Source of the DNA: Enoplolaimus lenunculus
Lineage: Eukaryota
Reading direction: 5' to 3'
DNA length: 64,000 nt
Assembly: GCA_030248215.1 (NCBI GenBank)
Contig: JASANG010002430.1
Location: 62,001-126,000, forward strand
How positions within the stretch are numbered: the first letter of the stretch is position 1; each line of letters opens with the position of its first letter. Both the position numbers and the translations under genes were made by a program. The notes under the pieces were generated by a model. The model was not told the DNA's origin and made no database searches. It saw only the letters and a list, made by a program, of their open reading frames with translations. Shown piece by piece: positions 14,401-28,130 of the stretch.

Positions 14401-17400
14401 ATGCCGGTTTTGTGGAGGAGGATCTGAATAGTTATTTTTGCTTGTGCATACAACCGGAATCAGCTATCTGGCTGCATTGTGATCGACTACAGTTAAATAG
14501 AAAATGCAGTACTGAAAAATTCAGGCATTTATTGGCAATTTTTTGACGTGGTCGCTAAGTCTTGGGGTTGTGTTGTGCTTCTTAATGTCGCATGTCTTTG
14601 TCCGCTGAATCTCGCTACCATGGCGTCGTGTGTCACAAACGACAGTTAAATTTTAACGCCGCGCGTCCAACGTAACCGTTTGTGTTTGATTTTGGTGCAA
14701 AGTAATTAATAAAGCATTTTTATTTGTTTTAGTGCGACATACCAAGTCCGACGCGGCATCTGCTTCGAAAGTTGTCCGAATGTGGATGGTTATACGTTAA
14801 AATTGATAAACTCAGTGACATGAAACATTCCACACAATGTGGTCTTATCCAACAGGTACGTGGTTGTTTATAAACCATGTTTGTTGAAGTTATTTTGATG
14901 GTTGAGTTTTGCGAATGCCAAGTTAAGTAAGTATGGTGCTATTAATAAGGTTAAGTAGAGAACGGTTGGAAGTAGTTGATGTTGATCTTGATAGCTATGC
15001 ATAAAAATTTATTTAAGGGAGCAGAAAATTGAATTTATTATCATGTTAATTCTCATTCGTTAATCTTTTATAGTGATATCGGTACTAAGATGAAGTTGTA
15101 TGTTGAGTTTAATTTTGAAATTTTGTCTTGTGGTGTCAGTTTGAATTTATAATTTTAGAGTTTTTGTGGTGCACTCCGTAGCGATCTAACGGAGTATTAT
15201 CGCATGCTGGCACTGATGCAATCCCAGGTATGTCACTATTTAATAGTGTTCTATGTTTGCAGTTTAATGTAAGCTGTATTTATATACTGTTTTAAAGTTT
15301 AGCTGGTGAAAAGATTTCATGTACCTACTGGTTTTTTGCTATTTGTTCTCGTAATATTGTCCACTGGTTATTTCGACAATGGTTAAAATTTGCTAATCAT
15401 ATATTACTATAAAACGGATAATTAGCGCTTATTAGCTTTTTTTGATAGTTACGTAATTTATTGGGCGGTCGGTTTCATTTCACACTGAGATATTTCTAGA
15501 TATTTTTGTCATCAGTGCAATTCCGTTAACGTAATTGACGTATAAAAGTGAAAAATAACGGAAGCGCCAGGTATAAACAGCTGTTTTACCCGAATCCACG
15601 ATTTGAGCGAATTCGAGTCCGAATCCAGTTCTAATTTTCCGAATCCAGTGCTAATTGGCCGAATCCGAAACCGAATCCGAATCCTGCATGTTGCAAATTT
15701 CAGATATATCTATAATTTGTTTCAGAATGTCAACGCAATGTCAACCGTATAACTTTTAATACGTTAATATATTTCGTCCCGACGTCAGTTCTGAGATTTC
15801 TCCCCTGAAATAAAAAATATTGTTTTTTATAGCATGGTATTTAAAAATTTTATTGCTTAAAAATGAAAAAAACATATTGCCGAACGTTGTTGGATTTGGC
15901 TTTTGGATTCCGCTTTTCCACAACCGAATCCGAATCCGAACCTCAAATTTTTGCCGAATCCGAACCTTTGTTGCCACCCTGAACGAGCCCGGTTTTTGCT
16001 CATGAAACCGGAAACCGAAAGTACTAAACCGGAACCGGACCTTCCGGTCAAGCCGTTTTGATTTTAAGAAATTACGTTGCAAGAATAACTGATCAATTCA
16101 GTGTTTATAGATAGGGATGGTGTTTCTGTTTTTTGCAGATTGACCAAAGCGAAGATTGTGGTCTTTCACCTGGTGTTCAACCTAGCTCAATGTCTTTAAG
16201 ACGGCTGTTTCTTTGGACGAATCAGCCTAAGCAGCACTTATTGATGCTCGCACGCCTAGCAGATTTGTGCTCAGGTAATGTTTAGTTTGCTGTAGGCAGT
16301 GAGGAACTATTTCTTTTGGCCTAATTTTTTGTTGTATATTAAAGTTTCCAGATAAAGAAGTTTATATTTTAATGGGGCCTTTAGAAATAGTCCTGATAAT
16401 GCTGGAGCGGGTGTTACAATTTTGGAGTTAATGACCTCAATAAATTTTTCTACAATCTGGTGCACCTAATGATTGTTTGGTTAGTAGTAATTTTTCAGAT
16501 CTGTGCACTGGTGAACTGATATTCTGCTTATGTCTGTTTTTGTTGTATATTAAAACTTCGTATAGATGTAGAGAATTTTAATTTTTTAGGCCTCTAAACT
16601 GTGTAGCTACATAGGTGTTACTGGAGCCTCATAGATTTTAGCGCACCTCACTGGCTTCTCCACAGCTTGAAAATTTCCGCCGGGGGGCGTTTCCTGGGGG
16701 GCCCAGGAGTTTCCTGGTGGGCAGCTAATTTTGCTGGGGGGGCAGTTTTCCTGGGGGCCGCCAGATGATCTGGGGGTCCGGTGGGGCAGGCTTAAAATTT
16801 TGCAAGCCGAATTTTTGGACCATTTTTTTATTCTAGATCGTTTTTCGATTACTCATCGCTCAACATGACAAAAATTCCCCGCAAACGCTAATACAATAAT
16901 TTTAACTAACATTACTGACAACTTTACCAGAAGTTGAAAGAAACACAATTATATAAAATATAGATAATCTATAATTGAAACTGTGATTAACATATATTTT
17001 ATATATTAGTCACAGCTTCAGTTTATCATAAGGCTCAGGCGGGTTGAACTTGTTGCTGCAAGGTACTTTCGAATGCGGTATGCCCTGAAACGGTCTTTAT
17101 ATAATTGTGCTTTTTTCAGTTCATTATTGAATTGTATTAGTTACTACGGGTATATGTAACGCTATTAAAAATTATGAGTACTCAGCGTAATATAAAATCA
17201 CATTTTGACGAATGTCCGCCTCAAAAAAAGTCCAGGTCTTTATGTTTTAACATTGAAAATTTTTGGCTTAGAAAAGTTCTGGGGGCCCCCAGCAAAAAAA
17301 TTTGCTGGGGGACATTTTGCTTTGGGGCGGCCGAAAATTCGCCGGGGGGCCTTTCCGGAGGGCGGCAAAATTTTCGCCGGGGGGAAAATGAAAATTTCGA

Positions 17401-20400
17401 AAAGTGCTGGGGCCCCCCGCCGCCCCCGCTGTGGAGAAGCCAGCCTCATCTTGTTGTTCATTAAGATTACCTGGTAAATAATTTTTCAGGCCTACGTGGA
17501 GGAGAGCTGATATCGATGGTTTACTCACATTTTGCTCACGGTGATCCGATGTGTCGCAGCATTGTTTCGCGTATACTTGGTTGCATTTGTAGGCCGTTAC
17601 ATTTATATTTTGTGCGATGGATTTATGACGGGCAGCTCGATGATCCATATGATGAAGTGAGCCAAGCGTATTTTACTTAGATTGTGAATTACTTTGTGTT
17701 TAAAGCACGGAGGTCCCATAAAGCAAGCGAACCTCGTTCATTGCAGCAAACAAAATGTTCTTTGCTAGTCGCCAAAAATATCATTCAGTAACAAGAATTA
17801 GGTCTGTAGTTTTTCGGTTATTTCTCTTCATTGTGTTGTCAGTGTTGTGAGCTTATTATTATTGGACATGATTAAGTGATGAACCTCGGAAGCCAGCAAT
17901 ATATTATTTATTTTTGCGGTACAATGAGTATCGATATTTTTTACAGTTCTTTGTTGTTGCCGACTCGTCCGTTAGTGACAGCCGTCTGTGGCATCAAAAG
18001 TATACTTTGCGTGAAAAAATGTTGCCGTCATTTGTATCAAACGAACAAGCAAGACAGGTAGTTTTGATACTATCGCTTAAATTTTAATTCTTTATCCGCG
18101 TTGGTTTTAACGTTTATTATTTAAACGAGAGAACCAAATTAATATTATCATCCTAAACAAATCAGTAGGGTCTATTTGCGTTGTAATTCTTTCTGAATTT
18201 TTTAAAATATTAACAGTTGAATATTGTTTAACTCTCATATTTGTGAAAATTTTAAATAATCTTGTAGAGAGTCTTCAGTCTTGAGTGCATGTAAGGTTTG
18301 CAAATCAGCGGATTAATTTGTTTTTCTTTTTCACTTAATGAGAAATATGTTGAGCCTTTTTTTCTGGTTTTAATATTTTTTTACATATTTTGCAGATACT
18401 TTTAACGGGAAAAACGATAAATTTTTTGCGTGCGGTGTGCAAGAAACGTGACGTTATTCCTGCACTGGAACGTTTACGAAAAAACCAACACGCTACTGAT
18501 GGTAACTGAATCATAGCTTAATATTTGGCTTAAATTCAGATCTGGCGATTAGCATCACGGATGTCTCGAAAGTTGTAAATTTCAATATTTTGCAAGTTGG
18601 CTGTAGGTTCGAATGAGGAATATTTACGGATGTCGGCGAACTTAAACTTGAACGTGAGTACAGTCTAATCGAACTTTCATATCGGAGCCAATTGCACTTC
18701 GAAATTGTAAGCACCGTTCAAATTTGGATATAAATGCTATAGAATAGCATGGAGGTCAAGAACAATCAGGCACTAACAGAGGTAGAAAGTATTCGCTACA
18801 TAAATTCAGAAGGCAATTGCGGTTACGTGTGCTTTAGTTCCTAACTGTACGACTGACTGTGTTTTGGTTTGTACTTTTTCATTAACACATCCATTATTTT
18901 CGTTGTTATACAAACAACCAATGCATTGTTGGTATATTTAGTATAATTTGTAGATTATTTATTTCAGTATCGTATTTTTTCACTTCCCTCGACACTCACT
19001 CACTAACTGATCTGATCGCTGAAGCTTACAGTGAAACCAGCGGATATTTGTTACACATTCTTGAAAGCGAACTTGATTTGAGTAGACATTTATTGGTGAG
19101 TTGAAATTTGAATTCAATTTTGCCTGGAACTGTTTTATTTTTTCTTAATTCCGGTGTTTTGTTATCGCCCAGTCTATGGAGGGATCAAGTATTCAACAGG
19201 GAACATATGAATTTGCTACCAGTAGTTACAGTCACGAACATAATTAAGTGCGCAGTAATCACAGTTACGTCTACGTTTGTGGCTTTACAATCGAGTTGAA
19301 TTTGCTTTGCACGCGACGTGTTGGTTGCAATGGCGAGTCAATCCGATGTTTTGCTGCGTTTACATGCTATTGAAATTTTAATACTAAATAGAACACAACC
19401 GCGGTTACGTTGGCGGTTACCAATCGCGATCAAAGTCGCTATTTCGAACGAGATCGCGGTTGCACTTTTGCGTCCCTGACTATAGAGAAAGAAAACGATG
19501 AGGATTATAAGTGTAATCATGTGCGCCGTTGTTCTCGTTTAGTTGCAGCCAAAATGCATGTTTGACCTTAATTTGCGTTTCGCATATTGTAATTCTTCCT
19601 GTGTGTGCAAAAGATTTTGTTTTCATCGTATTTCTACTTTTTAGCGGACCATTTTATACTGAGTCGTCACTGTTATAAAAATTTTCACTAGAGTATTTAG
19701 TAAACTTTTTGAATTTGTTTTCAGGCTCTCAAAAAGTATATTCTGTTATCTCAGGGAGACTTCGCTCGAACATTGCTGGAATCAATTCAGTATGTTTTGA
19801 TATAAAAGCGTGAAAATATCATTTCTACTATTCGCAGATTAAATCATGTTGGGTTGTAAATTGTGGAATTGAGTAGCGATTGTTTTTAATTCCAAATTGT
19901 TCAAAACAGGATACCATCGTTGTCGATTTAGTGTATTTATAGGGCGAAGTGATAAATTACATTATTCTGTTCAAAATATAGCATTTACTGCCTCTGAGGT
20001 AACGGCAAACAAATCATATGAACACGATAGTGTTTATATATATGATTCGCGCATGTCAAGCGCGTATTTTCAGTTTAGTTCGCATGTCGGTACTCAAGTA
20101 ATATCAGACCTCTTTCGTTTAAATTTTGTACACTGGTATCCTGGTACGTAGGGAACACTACTTGTGCTAAAGGATTTGCAAATCAGTGTGGTCTTCAATA
20201 GTTACAGTTAAAAAACTCCTTACAGAAAGCGCACAAAATTTTTCATTTTGGTTTCACACCTTTTATCCGTTACTTATGTAACTTTGCGGTTATAACTCAC
20301 GGTTGGTTTCACCCCAACAGATGGTTTCATCCCAACGATTGATTTCACTCCAACGGTTGGTTTCATCGCATCGCTCGAATGGTCGTTTCCACCCCAACGT

Positions 20401-23400
20401 TGGTTTCACCCCAACTGTTTGTTTCACCCCAGTGGTTGGTTTCACACCAACGCTTGGTTTCACCCCAACGGTCGGTTTCACCCCAACGGCTGGTTTCACA
20501 CCGTTGGTTGCACCCCAATGGTTGGCTTCACCCCTACGATTGGTTTCACCCAACAGTCGGTTCACCCCAACAATTGGTTTCATCCCAACGGTTGGTTTCG
20601 CCCCAACGGTTGGTTTCTCCCCAAGGCTAATTTCACCTCAACGGTCGGTTTCACCCCAGCGATTGGTTTCACCCAACGGTCGTTTCACCCCAACAATTGG
20701 TTTCATCTCAGCGGTTGGTTTCACCCCAACGGTTGGTTTCGCCCCAAGCCTGGTTTCACCCCAACGGTCGGCTTCACCCCAACGGTTGGCTTCACCCCAA
20801 CGATTGGTTTCACCCCAACGGTTGGTTTCACCCCAACGTTTGACTTCACCCCAACGGATTGTTTCACCACAACGGTTGGTTTCACCCCAACGGTTGGTTT
20901 CATCCTAACGGTTGGTTTCACCCCAACGTTTGACTTCACCCCAACGGATTGTTTCACCCAATGGTTGGTTTCACCCCAACGGTTGGTTTCACCCGAACGG
21001 TCGGTTTCACCCAACGGTCGGTTTAACTCCAACGGTTGGTTTCACCGTAACGGTTGGTTTCACCCCAACGATTGATTTCACCCCAATGATTGGTTTCATC
21101 CCAACGGTTTGCCTCATCCCAACGTTTGGTTTCACACCAACGGTTAGTTTCACCCCAACGGTTAGCTTCACCCCAACGATTGGTTTCACCCCAACGGTTG
21201 GCTTCACCACAACGATTGGTTTCACCGCAACGGTTGGTCTCACCTCAACGATTGGCTTCACCCCAACGGTTGGTTTCAGTGCAGCGTTGGATTCACCTTA
21301 CGGTTGGTTTCACCCCAACGGTTGGTTTCAGCCTAATGGCTCGTTTCACCCCGAATGATTGGTTTCACTCCAACGGCTGGTTTCACCCCAATGATTGGTT
21401 TCACTCCAACGGTCGGTTTCACCCCAACGGTCGGTTTCACCCAACGGTCGGTTTCACCCCAACGGTTGGTTTCACTTCAACGGTTGGTTTAACCCTACAG
21501 GTTGGTTTCATCCCAACGGTTGGTTTCACCCCAACTCAATGTTTCACCCCAACGGTTGGTTTCACCTCAACGGTTGGTTTCACCCCAAGGGTTGGTTTCA
21601 CACAAACGGTTGGCTTCACCGCAACGGACGATGTCACCGCCCCATTGTTAAAACTTTGATTAGTCGCTTGTTGCCATGACAATAGTTTCTTTCAACCAAG
21701 CGATCTATCTAAACTCTGAATTTGGTTTAATCAGTCCTTTCATTTTTCATAACTTGGATTGATGGATTAAAGCAGCATCTTTGGTAAAGTGGTTGAAACT
21801 AGAAAAAAAATTGCTCAGCACTTGAGCAACAAGGATATGTTTCATATTCCTACTAAGAGTATATTAAACTAGATCAGCATATTCGTTTGATATAACTTGG
21901 AAAAGTATTAAGAAACAATGGCGTCCAAAATCATGTTAACTCTTAATTTTTTCTTAAATATATTGCGGACTGCAAAATTTCTGAATTTTCTTTTTGTAAA
22001 AAACCGATGCTTTTCTTGAAAAGTAAAATAATTTCTGAAATGAAGACAAATTTAGCTTGGAATCCATGAATGTATATTGAAGTTCTCTACAAGAACGTAC
22101 TAAATTAACCTTTGGTTTTGTATTAACATAGTTAATTAAATTTCATAAGAGCATTGTGTTTGTACATAATGGCTGTGTTAGAGTTCTGATGACCAATTTT
22201 GTTACATACTTTCTTAAACAGCCATCACTAAACGTATCGCAATTGATACTTTAAAAACGGCTCAACTTAGTGACTTTTGAGTTTACTCGATTTTTGACCT
22301 TAGTGACAAATTCTATAAATGCTCATTTCCCACCCGAGTTATCTGTTTCACTGCATAGTCACGACTATAGAAGCTAACAAAGCGCACCGTATTCTGGCAA
22401 CATCGATTAATCTGGTAAAATCAAACAGCGCTATACGTCAGCCATGTCTCTGCGACCCTAAGAAATGTCTGAAAATGCCTAACCAATCCTGCCAAAAATT
22501 TAAAGTTAGAAATAGATTTACTGCCCGCAAGATGTTCCAGAAAAATTAATTGATAACACAATTTTGGACGCCATTGTTTCTTAATACATTTTCAGGTTAT
22601 ATCAAACGAATATGCTGATCTAGTTTACTATACTTTTAATATGGATATGAAACATATCCCTTGTTGCTCAAATGCTGAGCAATTTTTTCTAGTTTCAATA
22701 ATCGCTGTGGCAGGTTTTGTGTTAGTGATGCGTTGCGACATCAGTAAGTCCGTAGTTTGGCGTTTACTTTTCAGACCCGAACTTGACCAACCTCCGAGCG
22801 AAATTCACATTCAAAGTTTAATTGCCCATGTCGATACTGCGCTGCGACAAACGGATCAGTCGCTAGATTTGGAAGATGTCATTGCGAGAATTGGCGTTGC
22901 TCATATTGAAGTATGTCAATAGCACTAACAAGATGTTCGGTTAAAGTTACTAGAATTTGAACCATGAACTCGGTCATCGTTGGATCTTGGAATTTTGCAA
23001 AAGCTGAAAAGAATCTGGTTACCTGATATCGCGACTATGAGTTGTACATATAAGTGGTTTTATTTCTCCGTTTACTGCTATATTGTAATTTACTTCTGTG
23101 GAATTTATATACTAGCTGCCGCCTAAACTTACCATGCTTGTTTGAGATGTTGCGTGCTTACGTTTTCAGCAGAATAGCACAACAGATAGTTGGGATCAGT
23201 TTCGGTTGACATACCGCGTGGACACACCGCTGGAAACGGTACGCAAGTTTTGTTTTTGTAATGTTTCATTGGAAGCCACACAACGATAATGGGTACAAAA
23301 ACTTTTATAGAGATATGGCTGTAGTGCGCGATCTAACGTGGACAAAACGAAACTACTGTATGGCTTCACAATAGTCTTGGCTGAGACACCTTTAACTTTC

Positions 23401-26400
23401 TTTTTCATTTTTTGAAGCTGGTTTATGAACTAGAATCGTGCTAGCCACCGTTTATTTACAGTAAAGGCTTAAATCTGACTAAGTTCCTGTTCATTGTTGC
23501 TAAGTCTCTTCACAAGCTAATGTGGAATATTCATAAGTATTGCAATGAGGAGTTTTTGAAACTTGTGTATCTGTTTTAATCAAAGCAGTGATGCTTTGTT
23601 AATGATATTTTATAGTACACGTGTTTAAAAGCTGTGAACTAACAATAATTTAAGTCAGTTTGTTATTTGTCACTGCATATGGTTTTTGTGTTTTCAGATA
23701 TTCACAAGCGATATTTTACGGCTGTACTCTCGACAGTTTCAATTTTTGTGGCGAGTAAAACGTCTAAATTTTATCCTGTGCAACGTGTGGAGCAGTCACA
23801 TGGCGCTTGTGCGTGGTTTTGAAGCTGTGATTCCAAGTCAGTATAATCAAATTTCAGTTATTTTATTTTTTGCTGTCTTAAAACTAACAGTTAGTACGGA
23901 CTGTTAATACATTTGAAGTGCTGGCAATTTGTTCTCAAGGAGGTTCATAGGAAATTGTGTTTTTGTGGCTCATAGTCGTAATTAATTAGTTATGACTTCG
24001 TTACCATTACTGAAGCGCTTTGTTGTTTAGAACTGCACCCGTTGTTTCACGCAGTCTGCTTGATAACGAACGAAATGATTCATTTCGTCGAAGAAGTGCA
24101 GTATTATTTTGCCCATGAGGTTAGTTTTGTAAATGATTTAAAGCCATTGGCTGTGTTCATGGAATCGTAGCCAAGTATTAATTTATGCTTAAGTACTTTC
24201 TTAATTCGCCAGTTTTGAACAACAATAGATAAATGTTATTTTGATCCATTTTTATATCAAGAAAGTCTAAGATTTACTTTGTATTAAGGAGGTACCATGA
24301 GTCTACAATTTCAGATGCACCAAAGTTAGTATGCTAGTACTGTTAAACCGCTATACATAAAAATTTGCTTTGTAACTTAAGTACGTATTTTCAGTACTTA
24401 AGTACTAATTTAGAATCGTTATAATGGTAAAATAATTGCTTAGCAAATACCGTACTTTGAAAATACTTAACTAAAATTTCGGAAACTCAGCCAATTTTTC
24501 AGATAAACGCAATGTTGTATTGACTAGTTCGTAGACAGATTAGCTAACCAATGACATGCAGTGGTAGTTTTGAACGTGACTGTTGGCTGTGGTTTAAAGC
24601 GTTTTGAACTATTTCATGCCTACCGATCTTGGCCTCGTTACCCCTGGAAAAGTACATCGCCTTCAGTAAGCGTGTTTTACCACAGTGAGTAACGTGAAGT
24701 TTCGATCGTCAGATCCAAATTTTGTCCTAATGTTTTAGGTGCTGGAATGCTGTTGGGTGGCGCTGCAAACGGAACGAAAACGAGCGCAAGATTTGGATCA
24801 ACTCATTGCAGCTCATCGCAATTTTATCGACAGTGTTTTAGCAAGATCTTTGGTGATAACTGACGCAAAAGTATGCCGATTTATGTTTCCTTCTACATCC
24901 CGAAAGCTATCAAAAAAGTACATAAGACGCGCTGAAAACCATGAAATTTGTAACGCTAATTAACCTGCTCCTGCTACAGGTATTTTCAGTGTGGAACTCT
25001 AAAATAAGATTTTGTCACGCAGGTGGTATAAGAATGGACTGGCGTACTGAATAAAAACGCCATCTTGAGAACGGAAATATGCATTTTACATTTAGTTTAG
25101 TAAGCTGTAGATGTATTGTTGATTAAATATTCGGTCCATATTACTTTGATGGGCGTCCAGATTTCTGGTGGATCTGTATAAGTGTTGGTTTAGGCCAAAT
25201 ATTCTTACATGTACATGCAGTGCTATTCGATTTAGTAATTTTTTGTAAAAACATAGCCTATATGTATTAAGATGCGAGGACAGAGCGCTGCCTGTATGTA
25301 ACTAAGTAATTCTGGAAATGCTGTCGTTATTTGGCCGGAATTTTATATGTTATAGCAATCATTTTATGCATTATCTTTTACAGGACATTCAGTTGCACCT
25401 GTACTCTGCATTCAATTTGATCCTTGAATTCGACGATCTGGTCAACCGATTATATCAAGATGTCGAAGATGAATCGGAGCGCAGAGAAAACAAAGCTGTA
25501 TGTCGCTAGTCTCACAAGGATAAAGTACTCAGAAATTAAAAAATTTCAAAATCCTGAAACGCACTAAAATTCATAGAAACCAATGAGACTTGCTCTAACG
25601 ATTCAAAAGCTAACAAGAGAGCGTCACCTTTTGAGTTTGGAATGTTGCTGATTTAATAGTTTGAAATTTATTCTGAGTCGAAACCTTTTTAGCGAAATAC
25701 TATTCTATTTTTACAAATTTGTGATAAGCCGCAAAACTCAGCAGTTTGTTTTGCAATATTCTAACCAACTAGTAGTATTAACACGTCATGAGAATAATTT
25801 TTCTGTATATACGTAATCTTTGGTTAATAGCTGTTTTCTCCAGTTTCTTCGTTAAAATATTTATAAACTATTTGCTTATCAACGTTTAGAACTGTTTTAG
25901 TCTGCATGCACGTTTAGTGATCGGGACCTGCTCTATGTATACGTAGACACTTTTTGTTTTGATATTGATACTCTGATGCATCATTGAAAATGTTTATAGA
26001 ATGGTGAAAGAGTTGTGTCTCAATTTTAGATAATTATATTTTCTTCAGAGCAGCGTAGTCCGCCTGGATTCATTGGATGCTGACGAGCGCACTGAAAGAC
26101 ATCAGTTCGTTAACGATATGAAGTCAACGTATATGCCCCGTGTTGCCCTTATTTCTGAACAATTCCGGGTAAGTGAGGATTTGTTTGGCATATGTTAAAT
26201 TGTGAGAGCCTATTTAGAAAGCCTCCCAGTCTCTAAGTCTAACTGTTTCCGGATGGGCACGACCCATAACATAAGTTGTTGGTTCTATTGGCTATAAAAT
26301 AGGTTTTATTGATTACAAAAATTGCAAACTTAGTTGTGTTATATTGGTTTTACTGTATTTTATTAATGTCTTGTGAACGTGAAGGTCATTGGTTTACTGA

Positions 26401-26627
26401 ACTTATATGCCAACCTTAATATGTTTGCTAATGCCTTTACGTATACTGAATTTGTCATAGTTGCCATGTGCACAATAGTAATACATGCGTTTTTATTTTA
26501 GAAAACTGTACACAAGTTCTTCATTGGTCTCATGTCGGAATCTGACGAGCAGCTTGGAATGTTGGCGTTTCGAATTGATTTTAGTCAGTTTTATGAAAAT
26601 AACTCAGAATTAAATCAGTCCAGATGA
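8490..26627 (+). CDS. TUBGCP3: Gamma-tubulin complex component 3 (GCP3/Spc98 family), ~23 exons
   Basis: GT-AG exons starting near 8490, 9382, 11204, 11583, 11786, 12387, 13827, 14733, 15159, 16139, 17490, 17948, 18396, 18968, 19725, 22775, 23170, 23698, 24031, 24739, 25385, 26049 and 26502. They encode GCP3 motifs: DEFEQIENIK, ENDLIRDILFVLQGIDG, LSECGWLY, SFCGALRSDLTEYYRMLA, GGELISMVYSHFAHGDP, WIYDGQLDDPYDEFFV, ILLTGKTINFLR, ALKKYILLSQGDF, VLECCW, LAFRIDFSQFY. The donor of the 12387 exon is uncertain. Confidence 0.92.
8658..9076. mobile_element. hAT-type MITE (family B, TTCCGG-rich subtermini)
   Basis: CAGGGTGCAACCGGAATTCCGG...GGTTGCAGCCTG; homologous to the copies at 59164, 60175 and 61954, which have 8-bp TSDs. 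Confidence 0.8.
9578..11196. repeat. Near-perfect tandem duplication of ~809 bp in TUBGCP3 intron 2
   Basis: Copies at 9578-10386 and 10387-11196 differ by about 5 substitutions/indels. Confidence 0.95.
13151..13452. mobile_element. Short member of the GGGATGGGCGGTCTCGG TIR family (hAT-like)
   Basis: AGGATGGGCGGTCTCGG at the start and CCGAGACC repeats at the end, as in 38790-40519. Confidence 0.55.
14069..14397. repeat. Diverged ~183-bp direct repeat, 2 copies
   Basis: GCGTGTCA...AAATGTAATGTTATATTTAG...CGTTGATAC..AGTATCAG.CAA occurs twice. Confidence 0.7.
15590..15981 (-). mobile_element. hAT-type MITE (GGATTC-rich), inverted copy of 39638-39987
   Basis: Ends in TTGCCACCCTG; the body is the reverse complement of 39638-39987; multiple CCGAATCC motifs. 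Confidence 0.8.
16651..17443 (+). mobile_element. Non-autonomous DNA transposon with 16-bp TIRs and 5-bp TSD (family C)
   Basis: TIRs CTGGCTTCTCCACAGC / GCTGTGGAGAAGCCAG, TSD CCTCA, GC-rich subtermini; highly similar inverted copy at 58357-59145. Confidence 0.88.
20299..21645. repeat. 18-bp minisatellite (TTGGTTTCACCCCAACGG)n, roughly 70 units, in a TUBGCP3 intron
   Basis: Contiguous tandem units without spacers; explains the repetitive ORFs (VGFTPT, LVSPQR) in the track. Confidence 0.95.
21793..22698. mobile_element. MITE with long (~140-bp) TIRs
   Basis: TTGAAACTAGAAAAAAAATTGCTCAGCA...AATGGCGTCCAAAAT versus ATTTTGGACGCCATT...TGCTGAGCAATTTTTTCTAGTTTCAA. Confidence 0.8.
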
Positions 26628-27473
26628 ATGCGTATTCGTTAACGCTGGTGCTGTAACATTGTTCGTATATCTATATCGTTCAGCAGTGCAACGATTAGAG
26701 TATTCGACCCCCCAAACTTCTGATATGGCCCCTCGTTCAGACGCGTAGTACGCATGAGTACAGCATATTTCAGTGAAAGAAAGCTTGCGAATAAAACGAG
26801 CGATAAACCTGATAAGATTGAACACCCCAGTGATTAATATTTGGATTTCTGCGGAGCCAAAGCAACATTTTTAAACTCCATGTCAATTGGTTTTGCCGTG
26901 TGTCCCTAAGAACCATGAACTCAGTCCTTAGATGGTAGGGGGTGCTAGCCGCGCGCGCCATGTAGCTTAGGTATGGTTCTTTGGCTGTAAAGCTGACGAT
27001 ATATTTTAGACAGCATCTTCCGGTGCCGTAAACCACATACGAATATCCGTATTGCGCCAGACCGCAGATTAGACTAATTTGTAAAAGAGTAACAATGACT
27101 GCAAATGGCTAGCGATACCAAGTGTATTATAGAATGTTTAGTTACATTGCACACGTTAAGCACAATGCAAAAACAACTGAAAAGTGATATCTAACATGTG
27201 GTTCAATATTTTAACTCGGGTTTGAATACAGAATATCTGTTCGTCAGCTCCATCTACTTTAAAGGTGAAACAATGCAAATTCTTCCAAAAAATTTACGCA
27301 GTTGCATTTCGGATATCGGGATACATGTTTCTTTTCAGATACATATCTGGATCCGGAGAACATCTATAATACGATACCGCAGTACAAACAGTCAATGTCA
27401 CATCAGGATAGCAAACATTTCAATTTTTGTAATTCATATAGTAGATCAGCGCGTAGATAAAATGCTACCCGCC

Positions 27474-27592
27474 GTTGTAATAGGGACAAATCGTGTTCCA
27501 GGTTGCCCCAGTTGTAATAGGGACAAATCGTGTTCCAGGTTGCCCCAGTTGTAATAGGAACAAATCGTGTTCCAGGTTGCCCCAGTTGTAAT
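27474..27592. repeat. 37-bp tandem repeat, 3 copies
   Basis: GTTGTAATAGGGACAAATCGTGTTCCAGGTTGCCCCA at 27474, 27511 and 27548. Confidence 0.9.
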
Positions 27593-27757
27593 TTGAACAT
27601 GCATTACTTTGTATAGTTTTATTTTAGTGCATTACTTGAAATATATGTTTTAACAACAAATAAAGTCGTAATTTGTTTTTTGGAGACGCAGCGATATTTT
27701 GGAAAAATAATGAATGTACAGTCCCAATTAAACCTTGCTCACATATTACATGCGTTG

Positions 27758-28130
27758 TAGCCCAAGCTGCAATTCAACCTAATTCCTAATTGGACTAGTC
27801 TATGGAGGAATTACGACTTGAGCTAGCCCACGGCGTAAGTCTCTCTCTGCGACAAGTAAACGCCTTGTCATTGATTACTGCCATAACGCCATATGTAAAT
27901 ACGATTAGCTGATGCAAATATACTCGTTTCCGATTGACTAAGTAATGGCCATCTGTTTGCTATTAAACTGTTTTACTGCGCAAAGTGGAATCAAACTGGA
28001 TTACGACTATCAGGTAACCAATCAGAAAACGCGCAGCATTATCAGACAATTCCGCGTTGGGCTAGCCCAAGTTGTAATTCCGCTTTGGACTGGCCCGATT
28101 CGGAATTGTGCTGAATTAAGGCTTGGGGTG
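27758..28130. mobile_element. Degenerate palindromic MITE
   Basis: CCCAAGCTGCAATTCAACCTAATTCC...GGAATTACGACTTGAGCTAGCCC is mirrored by GGGCTAGCCCAAGTTGTAATTCC...GGAATTGTGCTGAATTAAGGCTTGGG. Confidence 0.55.

Noticed and set aside
17174..17477. Short GC-rich ORFs here and at 58333-59217
   Set aside because: They fall in the subterminal repeats of family C transposons and show no protein motifs.
20299..21645. CRISPR array or repeat-protein ORFs
   Set aside because: Contiguous 18-bp units with no unique spacers and no cas genes; the array lies inside a eukaryotic intron.
27474..27592. CRISPR-like 37-bp repeat
   Set aside because: The copies are head-to-tail with no spacers.
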